36,585 nucleotides of DNA from an uncultured Treponema sp. (GTDB taxonomy: Bacteria; Spirochaetota; Spirochaetia; Treponematales; Treponemataceae), in assembly GCA_964608445.1 (NCBI GenBank), contig CAZSOK010000002.1, positions 20,041-56,625 on the forward strand, given 5' to 3'. Below the pieces are notes generated by a model. It was not told the origin of the DNA. It worked only from the letters and a program-made list of their open reading frames with translations, and searched no databases. Both the position numbers and the translations under genes were made by a program. How positions within the stretch are numbered: position 1 is the stretch's first letter; each line of letters opens with the position of its first letter. Shown here one piece after another: positions 8,635-18,269 of this stretch.

Positions 8635-10740
8635 TTGGCAGGCCGGTTTTCGGGGTTTTTTAAAGATTTTCAGAATCTCGCGATGAGCGCCGCCGTGGTG
8701 GTGGTGGTTTTCATGCTGTTGTTGCCGCTTCCCGGTGCGATCGTCGATACGCTGATGATTTTCAATATCTTTTTTTCGCTGGCGGCGTTGCTGATCGTCG
8801 TGTTTACCCCCAAGTCGTCGAGCCTGTCATCGTTCCCGCGCATTATCCTGTTCCTCACGCTGTACGGGCTGGGGCTCAACGTGTCGTCCACCCGGCTGAT
8901 CCTGAGTTCCGCCAAGCTCTACGGGTACGAGCGTTTTCCCGGCACGATGCTCAAGGCGTTCTCGTCGGTCGTTGCGGGCGAATCGCTCGCCATCGGGCTG
9001 ATTATTTTCATCATTCTGATTATCGTGCAGGCGTTCGTCATCACCAAGGGATCGGGACGCATCTCCGAGGTCGCGGCGCGCTTCGCGCTGGATTCCATGC
9101 CGCAGAAGAATTTTGCCGTGGACAGCGAGTTGCAGTCCGGCGCGATTACCGACGAGCAGGCGCGTGAGAAAAAGCGCGAGATTCAGCAGGAGAGCGATTT
9201 CTATTCCGCCATGGACGGTGCCGCGAAATTCGTGAGCGGGAACGTCAAGGCGGGCATTTTTATTACCGTCATCGACATCGTTGCGGGCATCATCATCGGG
9301 ACGACGGGGCAGGGCGCGATGAGTTTCGGCGTCGCGGCGAACACGTATACGCGCCTGACGATCGGAGACGGCTTGCTCAGCCAGCTGCCGTCCCTGCTCG
9401 TGTCGGTGGCGACGGGTCTGCTTGTCGCCGGTTCCAACACCAGTGAGACGATGGGCAGTCAGGTCAAGAAGGAATTCTCGCAGAGCGGCTGGGTGTACGT
9501 CATATCCGGTGCCGTTATCGCGCTGATGAGCCTGGTGCCGGGATTCCCCTGGTATCTGCTCATTCCGATTGGCGCGGGGCTTGCGTTCTTCGGCTACCGT
9601 TTGGTGCGCGGCGCGCGTGAGACGGAGCTCAAGAAGACGGAGGCGGAGGCCGCCGCAAAGGCGCAGACGGGATCCAGCCCCGCCGATGTCAGCCCGGTCG
9701 TGCCGCTCGACCCGCTTTCGCTTGAGATCGGCTATGCGCTCATTCCGCTCGTTGACAAGGACAAGGGCGCGGAGCTGCTTGAGCGCGTCACCCGTATCCG
9801 CCGTGAGGCCGCGCTCGACTTGGGGCTGGTCGTGCCGAGCATCCGCATTGTCGATAACATGACGCTTGATCCGAGCGAATACAGCTTTAAAATCCGTGGC
9901 ATAGAAGTCGGGCGGAGCAAAATCAAGATGGGCTGCTATATGTGCCTTGACACGGGGGCTGTTGTGGAGGAAATCAAGGGCGAGGCGACCGTTGACCCGG
10001 CATTCGGCGTTCCTGCGCTGTGGGTGGGCGAGGATATGCGCCAGCAGGCGGAGAACGCGGGATATGCGGTGGTCGATCCGCCCACGATTATCGCCACGCA
10101 CTTGACTGAGATCATCCGCTCGCACGCGGCGGACATCCTGAGCCGGCAGGAAGTCGCCAAGATTATCGACGAAATCAGAAAGAGCAATGAAGTCGTCGTC
10201 AAGGAAGTCATGGACACCTACCATTATACGTATGGCGAGATCGAGAAAGTCCTGCAAGGACTGCTGCGCGAGCAGATTTCCATTCGCAATATCGTGGCGA
10301 TTCTGGAGACGCTCGCCAATTACGGCGCGATGCAGCACAATACCTGGTTCCTTATCGAAAAAGTGCGCGAGGCGCTGGGGCTGCAAATCTGCCTGCAATA
10401 TGTCGATCAGGATCGCAAGCTGAGCGTCTTGCAGCTTGACCAGTCCACGTCGGAAAAGATTTTGCAGCATCAGGTCATTCCGAACGATGGCGGGCAGCCT
10501 TTTGTCGCCTTTGACCCGGTGGACGGGCGGAAGTGGATCAGCGCCGTGAGCGCGTCGATTGCCGCCGTCCGTGAGCGCAACATGATGCCGATTATCCTGT
10601 GCGCGGGCGAGGTGCGCGCGCTCGTGCATCATTCGGTTGACCGTGAGATGCCGGGGACGGTCGTTCTTTCTATAAATGAAGTCATGGCGGCGGGACATGC
10701 CGTCCAGCTGGAAATTTTGGGAGAAATTCATGTCGATTGA
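8635..10740 (+). CDS. flhA: Flagellar export protein FlhA
   Basis: VITKGSGRISEVAARFALD, FYSAMDGAAKFV, TIGDGLLSQLP motifs; TTG start, exact start uncertain. Confidence 0.96.
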   Translation: MAGRFSGFFKDFQNLAMSAAVVVVVFMLLLPLPGAIVDTLMIFNIFFSLAALLIVVFTPKSSSLSSFPRIILFLTLYGLGLNVSSTRLILSSAKLYGYERFPGTMLKAFSSVVAGESLAIGLIIFIILIIVQAFVITKGSGRISEVAARFALDSMPQKNFAVDSELQSGAITDEQAREKKREIQQESDFYSAMDGAAKFVSGNVKAGIFITVIDIVAGIIIGTTGQGAMSFGVAANTYTRLTIGDGLLSQLPSLLVSVATGLLVAGSNTSETMGSQVKKEFSQSGWVYVISGAVIALMSLVPGFPWYLLIPIGAGLAFFGYRLVRGARETELKKTEAEAAAKAQTGSSPADVSPVVPLDPLSLEIGYALIPLVDKDKGAELLERVTRIRREAALDLGLVVPSIRIVDNMTLDPSEYSFKIRGIEVGRSKIKMGCYMCLDTGAVVEEIKGEATVDPAFGVPALWVGEDMRQQAENAGYAVVDPPTIIATHLTEIIRSHAADILSRQEVAKIIDEIRKSNEVVVKEVMDTYHYTYGEIEKVLQGLLREQISIRNIVAILETLANYGAMQHNTWFLIEKVREALGLQICLQYVDQDRKLSVLQLDQSTSEKILQHQVIPNDGGQPFVAFDPVDGRKWISAVSASIAAVRERNMMPIILCAGEVRALVHHSVDREMPGTVVLSINEVMAAGHAVQLEILGEIHVD

Positions 10741-11947
10741 AAAGACTGAGCCGACGGTTCGCTCCATCGAAAAGCCGACGCTCAAGGAATGTCGGGAAGC
10801 TTTGAATCAGCTGTACGGCGACAATTATACGTTGGGTGACCATCACGTCGTGCTCAAGGGCGGTTTTTTGGGATTCGGGCAAAAGCAGTGGATTCGGGCT
10901 GAATATTTTGTGAACGAGCCGCGCACCGTTGCTGCCCCGACGCAATCGGCGGGTGATCCGCCCAAATCGGATGCCGTCAACTCCACCGACCTCGCCGCGC
11001 TTCAGTTTGCCATGCTCAACCAGATAAAGGAGCTGAAGACCAGCATCGGATCGAAGATTGACGATATGGTGTCCGCGTCGGCGGCGCAGGCGAGCGACAA
11101 GCATCCTGCCATTCAGAAAATCGAAGAGATGCTTGCCGAAAATGAATTCACGCTTTCGTACATCAACGGTATTTCCACCCGTATCCGCGAGCAGTTTTCC
11201 CTGGACGAGCTGGATGATTTTGCGAAGGTCGAGAAGAGCGTGGTGGACTGGATCGGGCAGACCATCGCCATCGCGCCGAAGCCTTACCGCAAGTGTCCGC
11301 ATGTCATCGTGCTGGTCGGGCCGACGGGGGTGGGCAAGACGACGACGGTGGCAAAGATTGCGGCGAATATCATCCTTGACGCAAAGAACAGCGGGAAGCC
11401 GCCGATGCGTGTGCGCATGATTACGGTTGACCGTACCCGTGTCGGCGCGGAAGAGCAGCTGCGCCGCTACGGCGAGATTATGAACGTCTCCGTGGACAAG
11501 GCGGAATCGGCGGAAGACCTCAGGCAGATTTTTGACGAGCACAAAGATTCGCTGGATGCGCTCATCATCGACACGAGCGGATACAGCCCGAACGACCATG
11601 AGAATATTGCCAAGATGTGTGCGTTTCTTGACGTGCCGGGGCTGAATCCTGATGTCTACCTGACGGTGACGGCATCCACCAAGCCGCGCGACTTGGTTTC
11701 TATCATACAGCATTACGAGCCGTTCAACATCGCTTCGGTCATCGTGACAAAGTGCGACGAGACTGTTTCGTTCGGCAACGTGCTCAGCGTGCTTGCCGAG
11801 CGGCACAAGGCGATCGCCTATATCACGGACGGGCAGAAAGTGCCGCGCAATATCGCGCGCGCGTCGGCCGTGTATTTTCTGACGCGGCTGCATGACTTCA
11901 AAATCGACCGGGTTCATATCGACGACATGTTTGCAGGAGAAAAATAA
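10730..11947 (+). CDS. flhF: Flagellar SRP-family GTPase FlhF
   Basis: GPTGVGKTTT P-loop, DTSG, TKCDE, GQKVP motifs; SD GGAG before ATG 10730. Confidence 0.93.
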   Translation: MSIEKTEPTVRSIEKPTLKECREALNQLYGDNYTLGDHHVVLKGGFLGFGQKQWIRAEYFVNEPRTVAAPTQSAGDPPKSDAVNSTDLAALQFAMLNQIKELKTSIGSKIDDMVSASAAQASDKHPAIQKIEEMLAENEFTLSYINGISTRIREQFSLDELDDFAKVEKSVVDWIGQTIAIAPKPYRKCPHVIVLVGPTGVGKTTTVAKIAANIILDAKNSGKPPMRVRMITVDRTRVGAEEQLRRYGEIMNVSVDKAESAEDLRQIFDEHKDSLDALIIDTSGYSPNDHENIAKMCAFLDVPGLNPDVYLTVTASTKPRDLVSIIQHYEPFNIASVIVTKCDETVSFGNVLSVLAERHKAIAYITDGQKVPRNIARASAVYFLTRLHDFKIDRVHIDDMFAGEK

Positions 11948-12816
11948 TGGAAGATCAGACACAGGAACTGAGGGAACTTATGCAGAGAGACGGCAGAAGC
12001 CCGTCATCATCTGGTCATAAAACGCGCATCATCGCCGTCACGAGCGGAAAGGGCGGTGTCGGCAAGACGAACCTTTCCGTCAATATGGCGATTTCCTACG
12101 CGCAGCTGGGAAAAAAGGTCATCCTGATTGACGGCGACCTGGGCATGGCGAATGTCAACGTGCTGCTGAATATCGTGCCGCAGTTCAATTTGATGCACGT
12201 GATAAACAAGCAGAAGACAATGCGGGACATTATCCTCGATACCGAATTCGGCATCAGGTTTATTGCCGGCGCGAACGGTTTCTCAAAAATCGCGAACCTG
12301 ACATCCGCCGAACTGGATTATTTCGCCGAGCAGTTCAGCCAGCTTGCCAACGCGGACATCATCATCATCGATACGGGCGCGGGCATTGCGGAGAACGTCC
12401 TGCGCTTTGTGGCGGCGGCGGACGAAGTGCTCGTGGTCACGACCCCGGAGCCGACGGCGATCACTGACGCATACGGCATGATAAAAATCATCACGACGGA
12501 GTTGACCGCCCGTGAAATCAGCATAAAACTGCTGGTCAACCGCGTGCACAGCGCGGACGAGGCGAAGCGCATTTCCGACCGCATTATCACGAGCGTGGCG
12601 CAATTCCTCAATTTCAAGGTCGATTACATCGGTTTCGTCTACGACGACGCGGCGGTGCAGCAGTCGGTCATCCGGCAGAAGCCGTTCATCATCGTCAATC
12701 CGACCTCAAAACCGGCGCAGTGCGTCAAGCATATCGTCGGCAGGATTGAGAAGACCGATTTCGGCAGTTCGGAAAGCGTTTCGAGCTTCCTGCGGAAATT
12801 CATGCGCAAGAAGTGA
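11947..12816 (+). CDS. flhG: MinD/ParA-family ATPase FlhG (FleN)
   Basis: SGKGGVGKTN, DGDLGMAN, DTGAGI, TPEPTAITDAY; follows flhF with a TAATG overlap. Confidence 0.95.
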   Translation: MEDQTQELRELMQRDGRSPSSSGHKTRIIAVTSGKGGVGKTNLSVNMAISYAQLGKKVILIDGDLGMANVNVLLNIVPQFNLMHVINKQKTMRDIILDTEFGIRFIAGANGFSKIANLTSAELDYFAEQFSQLANADIIIIDTGAGIAENVLRFVAAADEVLVVTTPEPTAITDAYGMIKIITTELTAREISIKLLVNRVHSADEAKRISDRIITSVAQFLNFKVDYIGFVYDDAAVQQSVIRQKPFIIVNPTSKPAQCVKHIVGRIEKTDFGSSESVSSFLRKFMRKK

Positions 12817-12830
12817 GCCGGAAAAAAAAC

Positions 12831-12859
12831 TTGACCTAACGGGATTTTTGCCGTAATCT
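12831..12859 (+). promoter_or_regulatory. Putative sigma70 promoter for flgV-like/fliA/fapA
   Basis: TTGACC (12831-12836)-N17-TAATCT (12854-12859), with an A8 tract just upstream. Confidence 0.6.
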
Positions 12860-12883
12860 GTATAGATGGGAGGAACGGGAGTA

Positions 12884-13663
12884 ATGATAAACCCAAAGTA
12901 TATAAGCATTTCCGCTGGTCTTGGGTTCGTCGTGTCATTCCTTATCGGGCTCTTATCGGGCATCGGCTTCGGTCATGTCGCGTTGCGTGCGCTTGTCTGC
13001 GCGTTGTTTTTCGGCATGATGAGCGTCGGGATACTGTTCCTGAATCAGAAATTCCTTTCCGACGGACAGACGGATGATTTGGATGGTTCTGTGGAAAAAA
13101 TGTCCCAGATCGGCGGCGTGATTGATATTACGGTCGATGACGATCGTCTGCCTGAAGAGGAGCAGGGACCGCGTTTCAACGTGGCATCGACCCGACCCGC
13201 CCTGCGCCAGGTAGGTGCGGCGACGAAGGATACTGTTGATGCCGGGCGGCAGGTGCCGTCGCCGGTATCTGAGCCGGCTCCCGTGCCTGACGGGGGGCAT
13301 GCGGGTGTGCCGCCGCAGGCGGAAACGCCTGTCGGTTTTACGCCGCTGGGGCTTGCGCAGGTCGCTTCCGCCGTGGCGGAGCAGAAACAGACGAAGGTTG
13401 CGCCGCAGCCGGTCGCGCCGTCGCATGCTGCCGTGCCATCGGCGAGCGCGGATTTGGGGGAGCTTCCCGATATCAGCACGTTTGGCGGCGGCGATACCGC
13501 AGGCGTTGCGGCGGGGGAAGATATTGTGGAAGACAGCGAATTTGCCGAAGCGGACGTGCCGCAGAAAGCGCGCTCGTCGGTGTTTCCCGATGGCGTTCCC
13601 GCGAGCGAGCAGAGCGCGTCGCTGATGGCGCAGGCGATACGGACGGTATTGGTAAGAGAATAG
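12884..13663 (+). CDS. flgV: FlgV-like flagellar membrane protein (two TM helices, Pro/Ala-rich linker, C-terminal helix)
   Basis: Two N-terminal hydrophobic helices, long low-complexity linker and C-terminal MAQAIRTVL helix; position between flhG and fliA matches spirochete FlgV; start could be 12866. Confidence 0.7.
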   Translation: MINPKYISISAGLGFVVSFLIGLLSGIGFGHVALRALVCALFFGMMSVGILFLNQKFLSDGQTDDLDGSVEKMSQIGGVIDITVDDDRLPEEEQGPRFNVASTRPALRQVGAATKDTVDAGRQVPSPVSEPAPVPDGGHAGVPPQAETPVGFTPLGLAQVASAVAEQKQTKVAPQPVAPSHAAVPSASADLGELPDISTFGGGDTAGVAAGEDIVEDSEFAEADVPQKARSSVFPDGVPASEQSASLMAQAIRTVLVRE

Positions 13664-13680
13664 AACAAGGGTAATCAGAG

Positions 13681-14478
13681 ATGGATTTTGTACGGACACA
13701 GCCGCTTGATGAAGAAGAAGAGAACAGACTCTGGCGTGAATTCAAAAAGACAAGGGCTTCTGCTTTGCGCGATAAATTTATCCGCCAGTATATGCCGCTG
13801 GTAAAATATGTTGCCGGCAAGGTTTCGGTCGGCTTGCCGGCGAGCATTGAATTCGATGACCTTGTTGGGTTCGGGCAGTTCGGGCTGCTGGATGCCATTA
13901 CCAAGTTCGATCCTGACAAGGGCGTGAAATTCAAGACATATGCGGTCACGCGTATCCGCGGCGCTATTTTTGACGAGATGCGCCAGCTCGACTGGGTGCC
14001 GCGCTCGGTGCGCCAGAAATCCAAGGAAATTGAGGATACTATCGGCGATTTGGAATCCCGGCTGGGGCGTCCGGCGACGGATGCGGAAGTCGCCAAAGAA
14101 ATGAACATGAGCGAAGAGGCGTTCCAGCAGACGGTGATGAAAGTGAGCGGGACGAGCGTGCTTTCGCTGAACGACGTGTGGTATTCGGGGGACGACAACG
14201 ACCATATGTCAATCGGCGATTCCATTGAATCCCCGTCGAGCCTTAATCCCGACGTGCAGGTGGAGCGGGAAGAAATCCGGAAAGTCATTATTGAGGCGAT
14301 CAATGAGCTGCCCGAAAAAGAAAAGATGGTCATCGTGCTGTATTATCATGAGGATCTGACGTTCAAGGAAATCGGTCAGGTTCTGGACGTGAGCGAGTCG
14401 CGCATTTCTCAGTTGCATACCAAGGCGAATCTGCGTCTGCGCGCGAAGCTCACTAATCTTCGCAAAGGAATTATCTGA
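13681..14478 (+). CDS. fliA: RNA polymerase sigma28 (FliA/WhiG)
   Basis: FKTYAVTRIRGAIFDEMRQLDWVPRSVR; LTFKEIGQVLDVSESRISQLH region 4. Confidence 0.96.
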   Translation: MDFVRTQPLDEEEENRLWREFKKTRASALRDKFIRQYMPLVKYVAGKVSVGLPASIEFDDLVGFGQFGLLDAITKFDPDKGVKFKTYAVTRIRGAIFDEMRQLDWVPRSVRQKSKEIEDTIGDLESRLGRPATDAEVAKEMNMSEEAFQQTVMKVSGTSVLSLNDVWYSGDDNDHMSIGDSIESPSSLNPDVQVEREEIRKVIIEAINELPEKEKMVIVLYYHEDLTFKEIGQVLDVSESRISQLHTKANLRLRAKLTNLRKGII

Positions 14479-16449
14479 ATGCCGGTAGTCACGCTTGAGA
14501 AAATCCGCACGGACTTGGCCGATCACCTCAAAACTGACCGGGAAATCCGTTGCGTGGAAGTTTGTGCCGATACGCTGGAAGAGGCGCTGGCGGATGCTGC
14601 CGTGCAGCTTGACTGCAAAGTCATCAATCTGGAATATGAGGTGATTGAGCGCGGCTTTTCGGGAATCCTCGGCCTGTCAAAAAAGCCGTGGACGATCCTC
14701 GCGTATCCGAATTCCGAGGTCATCGCCGCGACCAAGGCGAAGTCAAAGGCGAAGGACACTGCGGGCGAGGCGGTCGCCGAGGAAGCGGTCAGCCACGACA
14801 AGGACGGCGTGTTTTTCGTGCATCATTTTGGCACGGACATCGCGCTCAAGGTGGTGCTTCCCGAAGGCGCGGGCGCACCGGTCTCCGTTGATGCCGTCAT
14901 GGCTGAGGTGAACCGTGCCGATACGCTGACGGTTGACGAAAAGAAGATCAAGGAGGCGGTCGCCGGAGGAACGGGAGACGGCTATGTCCTGGTCGGCACG
15001 TATGAGCACAACGCCGCGAATGACGCGATTTTTGTCATCGAGGTGTCGTCGGACGAAATGCGGGCGACCGCCACGATCAACGCGCCGATGATGAGCGGCT
15101 CGGATATTACCGCGCAGCTGATTGTGAAGGCGCTGAAGACGCAGGGGGTCTGCGCGGGCATCTCCGACGAGAAGATCTCCGCGCTCGTGGACGCACCCGT
15201 GTATGACAAGCCGGTCGTCGTCGCGGAGGCGGTCGTGCCGCAGGACGGCAAGGATGCCTACATCGAGTTCTACTTTGAGACCGACAGGACGAAACTGCGC
15301 GCGAAGGAAAGTGAGAGCGGTCAGGTCAATTACAAGGAACTGAATCAGGTGCAGAATGTCGTGCAGGGGCAGCCGCTTGCCATCAAACATCCCGCGGAGA
15401 AAGGCAGGGCAGGAAAGACGGTATTCGGCAGGTATCTGGAGGCCGACGACGGACGTGACATCGCGTTCCCGCTGGGAAAGAATGTCTCAGTGGGCGAGGA
15501 CGGTGCCACAATCATCGCCGACTGCAACGGGCAGGTTCTGCTCATCAACAATAAGATTTATGTTGAGCCGGTCATGGAAGTGGACGGCGTGAACATCAAG
15601 ACAGGCAACATCGATTTCCTGGGCAAAGTCATCTGCAAAGGATCGGTGGAAGACGGCTTCAATATCAAGGCGAGCGGGAACATTGAGATTATGGGGGCGG
15701 TGGGCGCATGCCATTTGCAGAGCGATGCCGATATCTTCGTCTCGCAGGGAATTATGGGGCGCGATGAGGGAACGGTCACCTGCGAGGGGACGCTGTGGGC
15801 GAAATTCATCCAGAACACCAAGATTACGGTGGGCGAGAATGTCGTGGTGTCGGACTCGCTGATGAACTGCGACGTGTCCGCACAGCATAAGATTGTCCTG
15901 CACGGCAAGAAAGCGCAGATTACGGGCGGACACCTGCTCGCATGTGAGCTGATCGCGGCAAAGAACATCGGCGCGCGCGACGGCGGCACGGAGACCATTC
16001 TTGAGGTGGGCATAGACCCCAAGGCAAAACTCCGCGTGGTCACGTTGCAGACCGAGCAGACCGATAACGCCAAGAAGTTGGAAGAGCTTGAGCCGAACAT
16101 TGCCACGCTTGAGAACCTGCAAAAGACGCGACGCTCGCTTCCCAAAGACAAGGAAGACGCGTTGCAGGCTCTGTACAAGCAGCGAGACGAGATCCTGCTC
16201 AAAAATGACGATTTGAACGCGGAAATTGCGCAGATTCAGGAGCGGCTGCGTGAGCTTAAGGCGGTCGGAAAGGTCGTGGCGAGCGGAACGGTGTATAGCG
16301 GCGTCAAGATCTATGTGCGCGAGGAAAAAGAAGAAGTCCGCACGGAAGTGAAGAGCGTGTCGTTCTATTATGAGGACGGTTTTGTGCGTCGCGGTAAATA
16401 TGAAGAGCCTGACATGAGTGATGTCCGTCAGCCGGAAGGTTACGCGTAA
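14479..16449 (+). CDS. fapA: FapA/DUF342 family protein with N-terminal Jag_N-like domain
   Basis: TGNIDFLGKV beta-helix-like region, coiled coil, VYSGVKI tail; N-terminal ADTLEEAL...YEVIERGFSGILGL resembles Jag_N; follows fliA. Confidence 0.85.
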   Translation: MPVVTLEKIRTDLADHLKTDREIRCVEVCADTLEEALADAAVQLDCKVINLEYEVIERGFSGILGLSKKPWTILAYPNSEVIAATKAKSKAKDTAGEAVAEEAVSHDKDGVFFVHHFGTDIALKVVLPEGAGAPVSVDAVMAEVNRADTLTVDEKKIKEAVAGGTGDGYVLVGTYEHNAANDAIFVIEVSSDEMRATATINAPMMSGSDITAQLIVKALKTQGVCAGISDEKISALVDAPVYDKPVVVAEAVVPQDGKDAYIEFYFETDRTKLRAKESESGQVNYKELNQVQNVVQGQPLAIKHPAEKGRAGKTVFGRYLEADDGRDIAFPLGKNVSVGEDGATIIADCNGQVLLINNKIYVEPVMEVDGVNIKTGNIDFLGKVICKGSVEDGFNIKASGNIEIMGAVGACHLQSDADIFVSQGIMGRDEGTVTCEGTLWAKFIQNTKITVGENVVVSDSLMNCDVSAQHKIVLHGKKAQITGGHLLACELIAAKNIGARDGGTETILEVGIDPKAKLRVVTLQTEQTDNAKKLEELEPNIATLENLQKTRRSLPKDKEDALQALYKQRDEILLKNDDLNAEIAQIQERLRELKAVGKVVASGTVYSGVKIYVREEKEEVRTEVKSVSFYYEDGFVRRGKYEEPDMSDVRQPEGYA

Positions 16450-16462
16450 GCGGGGAGCGCAG

Positions 16463-16795
16463 GTGGCAGTTCAGCCGATTGACTTGCAGACAATGTACTC
16501 GCAGATGCAGAATGTCGCGCGCGACGTGGCGAACGCCCAGTTCCAGCCGCAGCTGGCTCAGCAGATGCGCGAGATGAGTATGGTGCAGCAGCAGCAGGAG
16601 CGCGCCCAGACCGTGCAGCGCGCCGCGAACGAGGAGGCGCAGCCCACGCATGTTGATTCCGATGGTCAAGGCGGCAACTCGCGGCAGCCTGACCGCCAGG
16701 ACGAGCCGAAAGCCGGCGGAGAACGCAGTCCGGCGGCGAAAAAAGCGGAAATCCGTGAGGGATTTTTGGGCAGGCACGTTGACGTGATAAGGTAG
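16463..16795 (+). CDS. Hypothetical protein in the flagellar cluster
   Basis: GTG start after GGGGAG; (M)AVQPIDLQ N-terminus and LGRHVDV C-terminus; fills the gap between neighbours. Confidence 0.75.
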   Translation: MAVQPIDLQTMYSQMQNVARDVANAQFQPQLAQQMREMSMVQQQQERAQTVQRAANEEAQPTHVDSDGQGGNSRQPDRQDEPKAGGERSPAAKKAEIREGFLGRHVDVIR

Positions 16796-16803
16796 GTGCG
16801 TAC

Positions 16804-17532
16804 ATGGGTGGAATTGGCGTCGCATTTCTGGCGGGTTTTCTGATTGTCTGCAATGTCGTTCTTGATTTTGCGCTCGTCTTTATGTTCAAAAAAAAGATTT
16901 CTGACAAAAAGGATGAGGTCATCGGCACGGCAAAGCGGGAGATGGACCTGATTATCGCCGACTTGAACCGTCAGACCGACCGCAATATCACGCTGTACCA
17001 GGACTATATGCGCGAATTCAAGGCGGCTGTCGCAGAAGCCGACCGCCACATGACGGTCGCAAAGAGCGAAATCGAAAAGCTGAACCATTTGCAGGCGCAG
17101 CTATTTGCCCAGCGGGTGCAGCAGACTGCGTCCTTGCAGGACAGTTACCGGCGGCAGAAAGGGCGTTCGGCGATGGCAGACCGTGCCGCGGAACAATATC
17201 TGCGCGCGGCGGCAGGATTGCAGCCGATGCATGAGCCGCTAGCCCCCATGGAGACGAGAAAAAATGCGGCGCGGCAGGGCGATTTGTTCGACGACGCGCA
17301 GACGCTACAGGAGCCGAACGTGTTCACGGTTTTGCAGGACGGCACGTCGTACACGTCGATGCCCGTCATCGGTCCGAACGTCACGTATGCCGACGATCCG
17401 GTGCGGCAGAAGAAAGATTTTGGCACGCTTGTCCGCGAACGCTACGACCGCGGGGAATCGGTGGAAGAAATCGCCACTGCGCTTGGTCGTTCTACCACGG
17501 AAGTCCAGTTCGCGCTTGATATGGGGGCATAA
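16804..17532 (+). CDS. Hypothetical membrane-anchored coiled-coil protein with C-terminal HTH-like motif (SwrB/DUF6115-like)
   Basis: N-terminal TM helix, coiled coil, C-terminal GESVEEIATALGRSTTEVQFAL. Confidence 0.75.
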   Translation: MGGIGVAFLAGFLIVCNVVLDFALVFMFKKKISDKKDEVIGTAKREMDLIIADLNRQTDRNITLYQDYMREFKAAVAEADRHMTVAKSEIEKLNHLQAQLFAQRVQQTASLQDSYRRQKGRSAMADRAAEQYLRAAAGLQPMHEPLAPMETRKNAARQGDLFDDAQTLQEPNVFTVLQDGTSYTSMPVIGPNVTYADDPVRQKKDFGTLVRERYDRGESVEEIATALGRSTTEVQFALDMGA

Positions 17533-17558
17533 AAATACAAAACATTGCAAAAATGGTG

Positions 17559-17587
17559 TTGTATTTTGGCGCGATCTGTTGTATCAT
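17559..17587 (+). promoter_or_regulatory. Putative sigma70 promoter of the V-ATPase operon
   Basis: TTGTAT (17559-17564)-N17-TATCAT (17582-17587) in an AT-rich intergenic region. Confidence 0.6.
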
Positions 17588-17596
17588 AGATGATAA

Positions 17597-17614
17597 CGGA
17601 TTGTATACAGTCCG
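17597..17614. promoter_or_regulatory. 18-bp near-perfect palindrome, candidate operator
   Basis: cggattgtatacagtccg with one mismatched pair, just downstream of the predicted promoter; the core recurs at 24508-24517. Confidence 0.5.
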
Positions 17615-17654
17615 TCCGTTATTGTTGTACAAATTTATATTGAGCGAGGTTCGC

Positions 17655-18269
17655 ATGGACGTCCAGTTACAGGAATTAATCGACAAGATTAAAAGAGATG
17701 GTGTCGCCGCTGCTGAAACGTCCGCTTCCGAAAGGATTGCTGCGGCAGAGAAAGAAGCCGCAAAAATCATTGCCAAGGCAAAAGAAGAAGCGGATGCTAT
17801 CGTCAAGCAGGCAAAAGACGAGACGGCGCGTTTTGAGAAGGCGAGCGAGGACGCAATCGCGCAGGCAAGCCGGAATTTGGTGCTTTCGTTCCGCAAGAGC
17901 GTGGAGGCGGAGCTTTCTGCGATCGTCAGTGCGGAAACGGAACGTGCCTATGACGCAAAACTGCTTGCGGCGCTGATTCCTGAGACCGTCAAGGAATGGG
18001 CGAAAAAGTCAGACGCGGGCGATTTGACGGTACTCCTGAACGAAAAAGACTTAAAGGCTGTCGAATCGAACCTGACCGCCGCGCTCAAGGCGGAGATTGC
18101 AAAAGGACTTACGCTCAAGGCGGACAACGCTATCGGTGGCGGCTTCCATGTGGGGCTGAAAGACGGTGCCGCCTATTATGACTATTCCGCAGAGGCGGTG
18201 GCAGGTTTGTTCTCAGCGTATTTGAATCCGCGCGTCGCCGCGATTATGAAAGGGGCAGTGCAAGAGTGA
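17655..18269 (+). CDS. V/A-type ATPase subunit E
   Basis: MDVQLQELIDKIKRDGV start after SD GAGGT; helical stalk; first gene of the operon. Confidence 0.9.
   Translation: MDVQLQELIDKIKRDGVAAAETSASERIAAAEKEAAKIIAKAKEEADAIVKQAKDETARFEKASEDAIAQASRNLVLSFRKSVEAELSAIVSAETERAYDAKLLAALIPETVKEWAKKSDAGDLTVLLNEKDLKAVESNLTAALKAEIAKGLTLKADNAIGGGFHVGLKDGAAYYDYSAEAVAGLFSAYLNPRVAAIMKGAVQE

Noticed and set aside
8827-10785. 652-aa ORF antisense to flhA (similarly 7030-8367, 10682-11962, 3834-4868)
   Set aside because: Expected stop-poor antisense frames of GC-rich genes; no domain signatures
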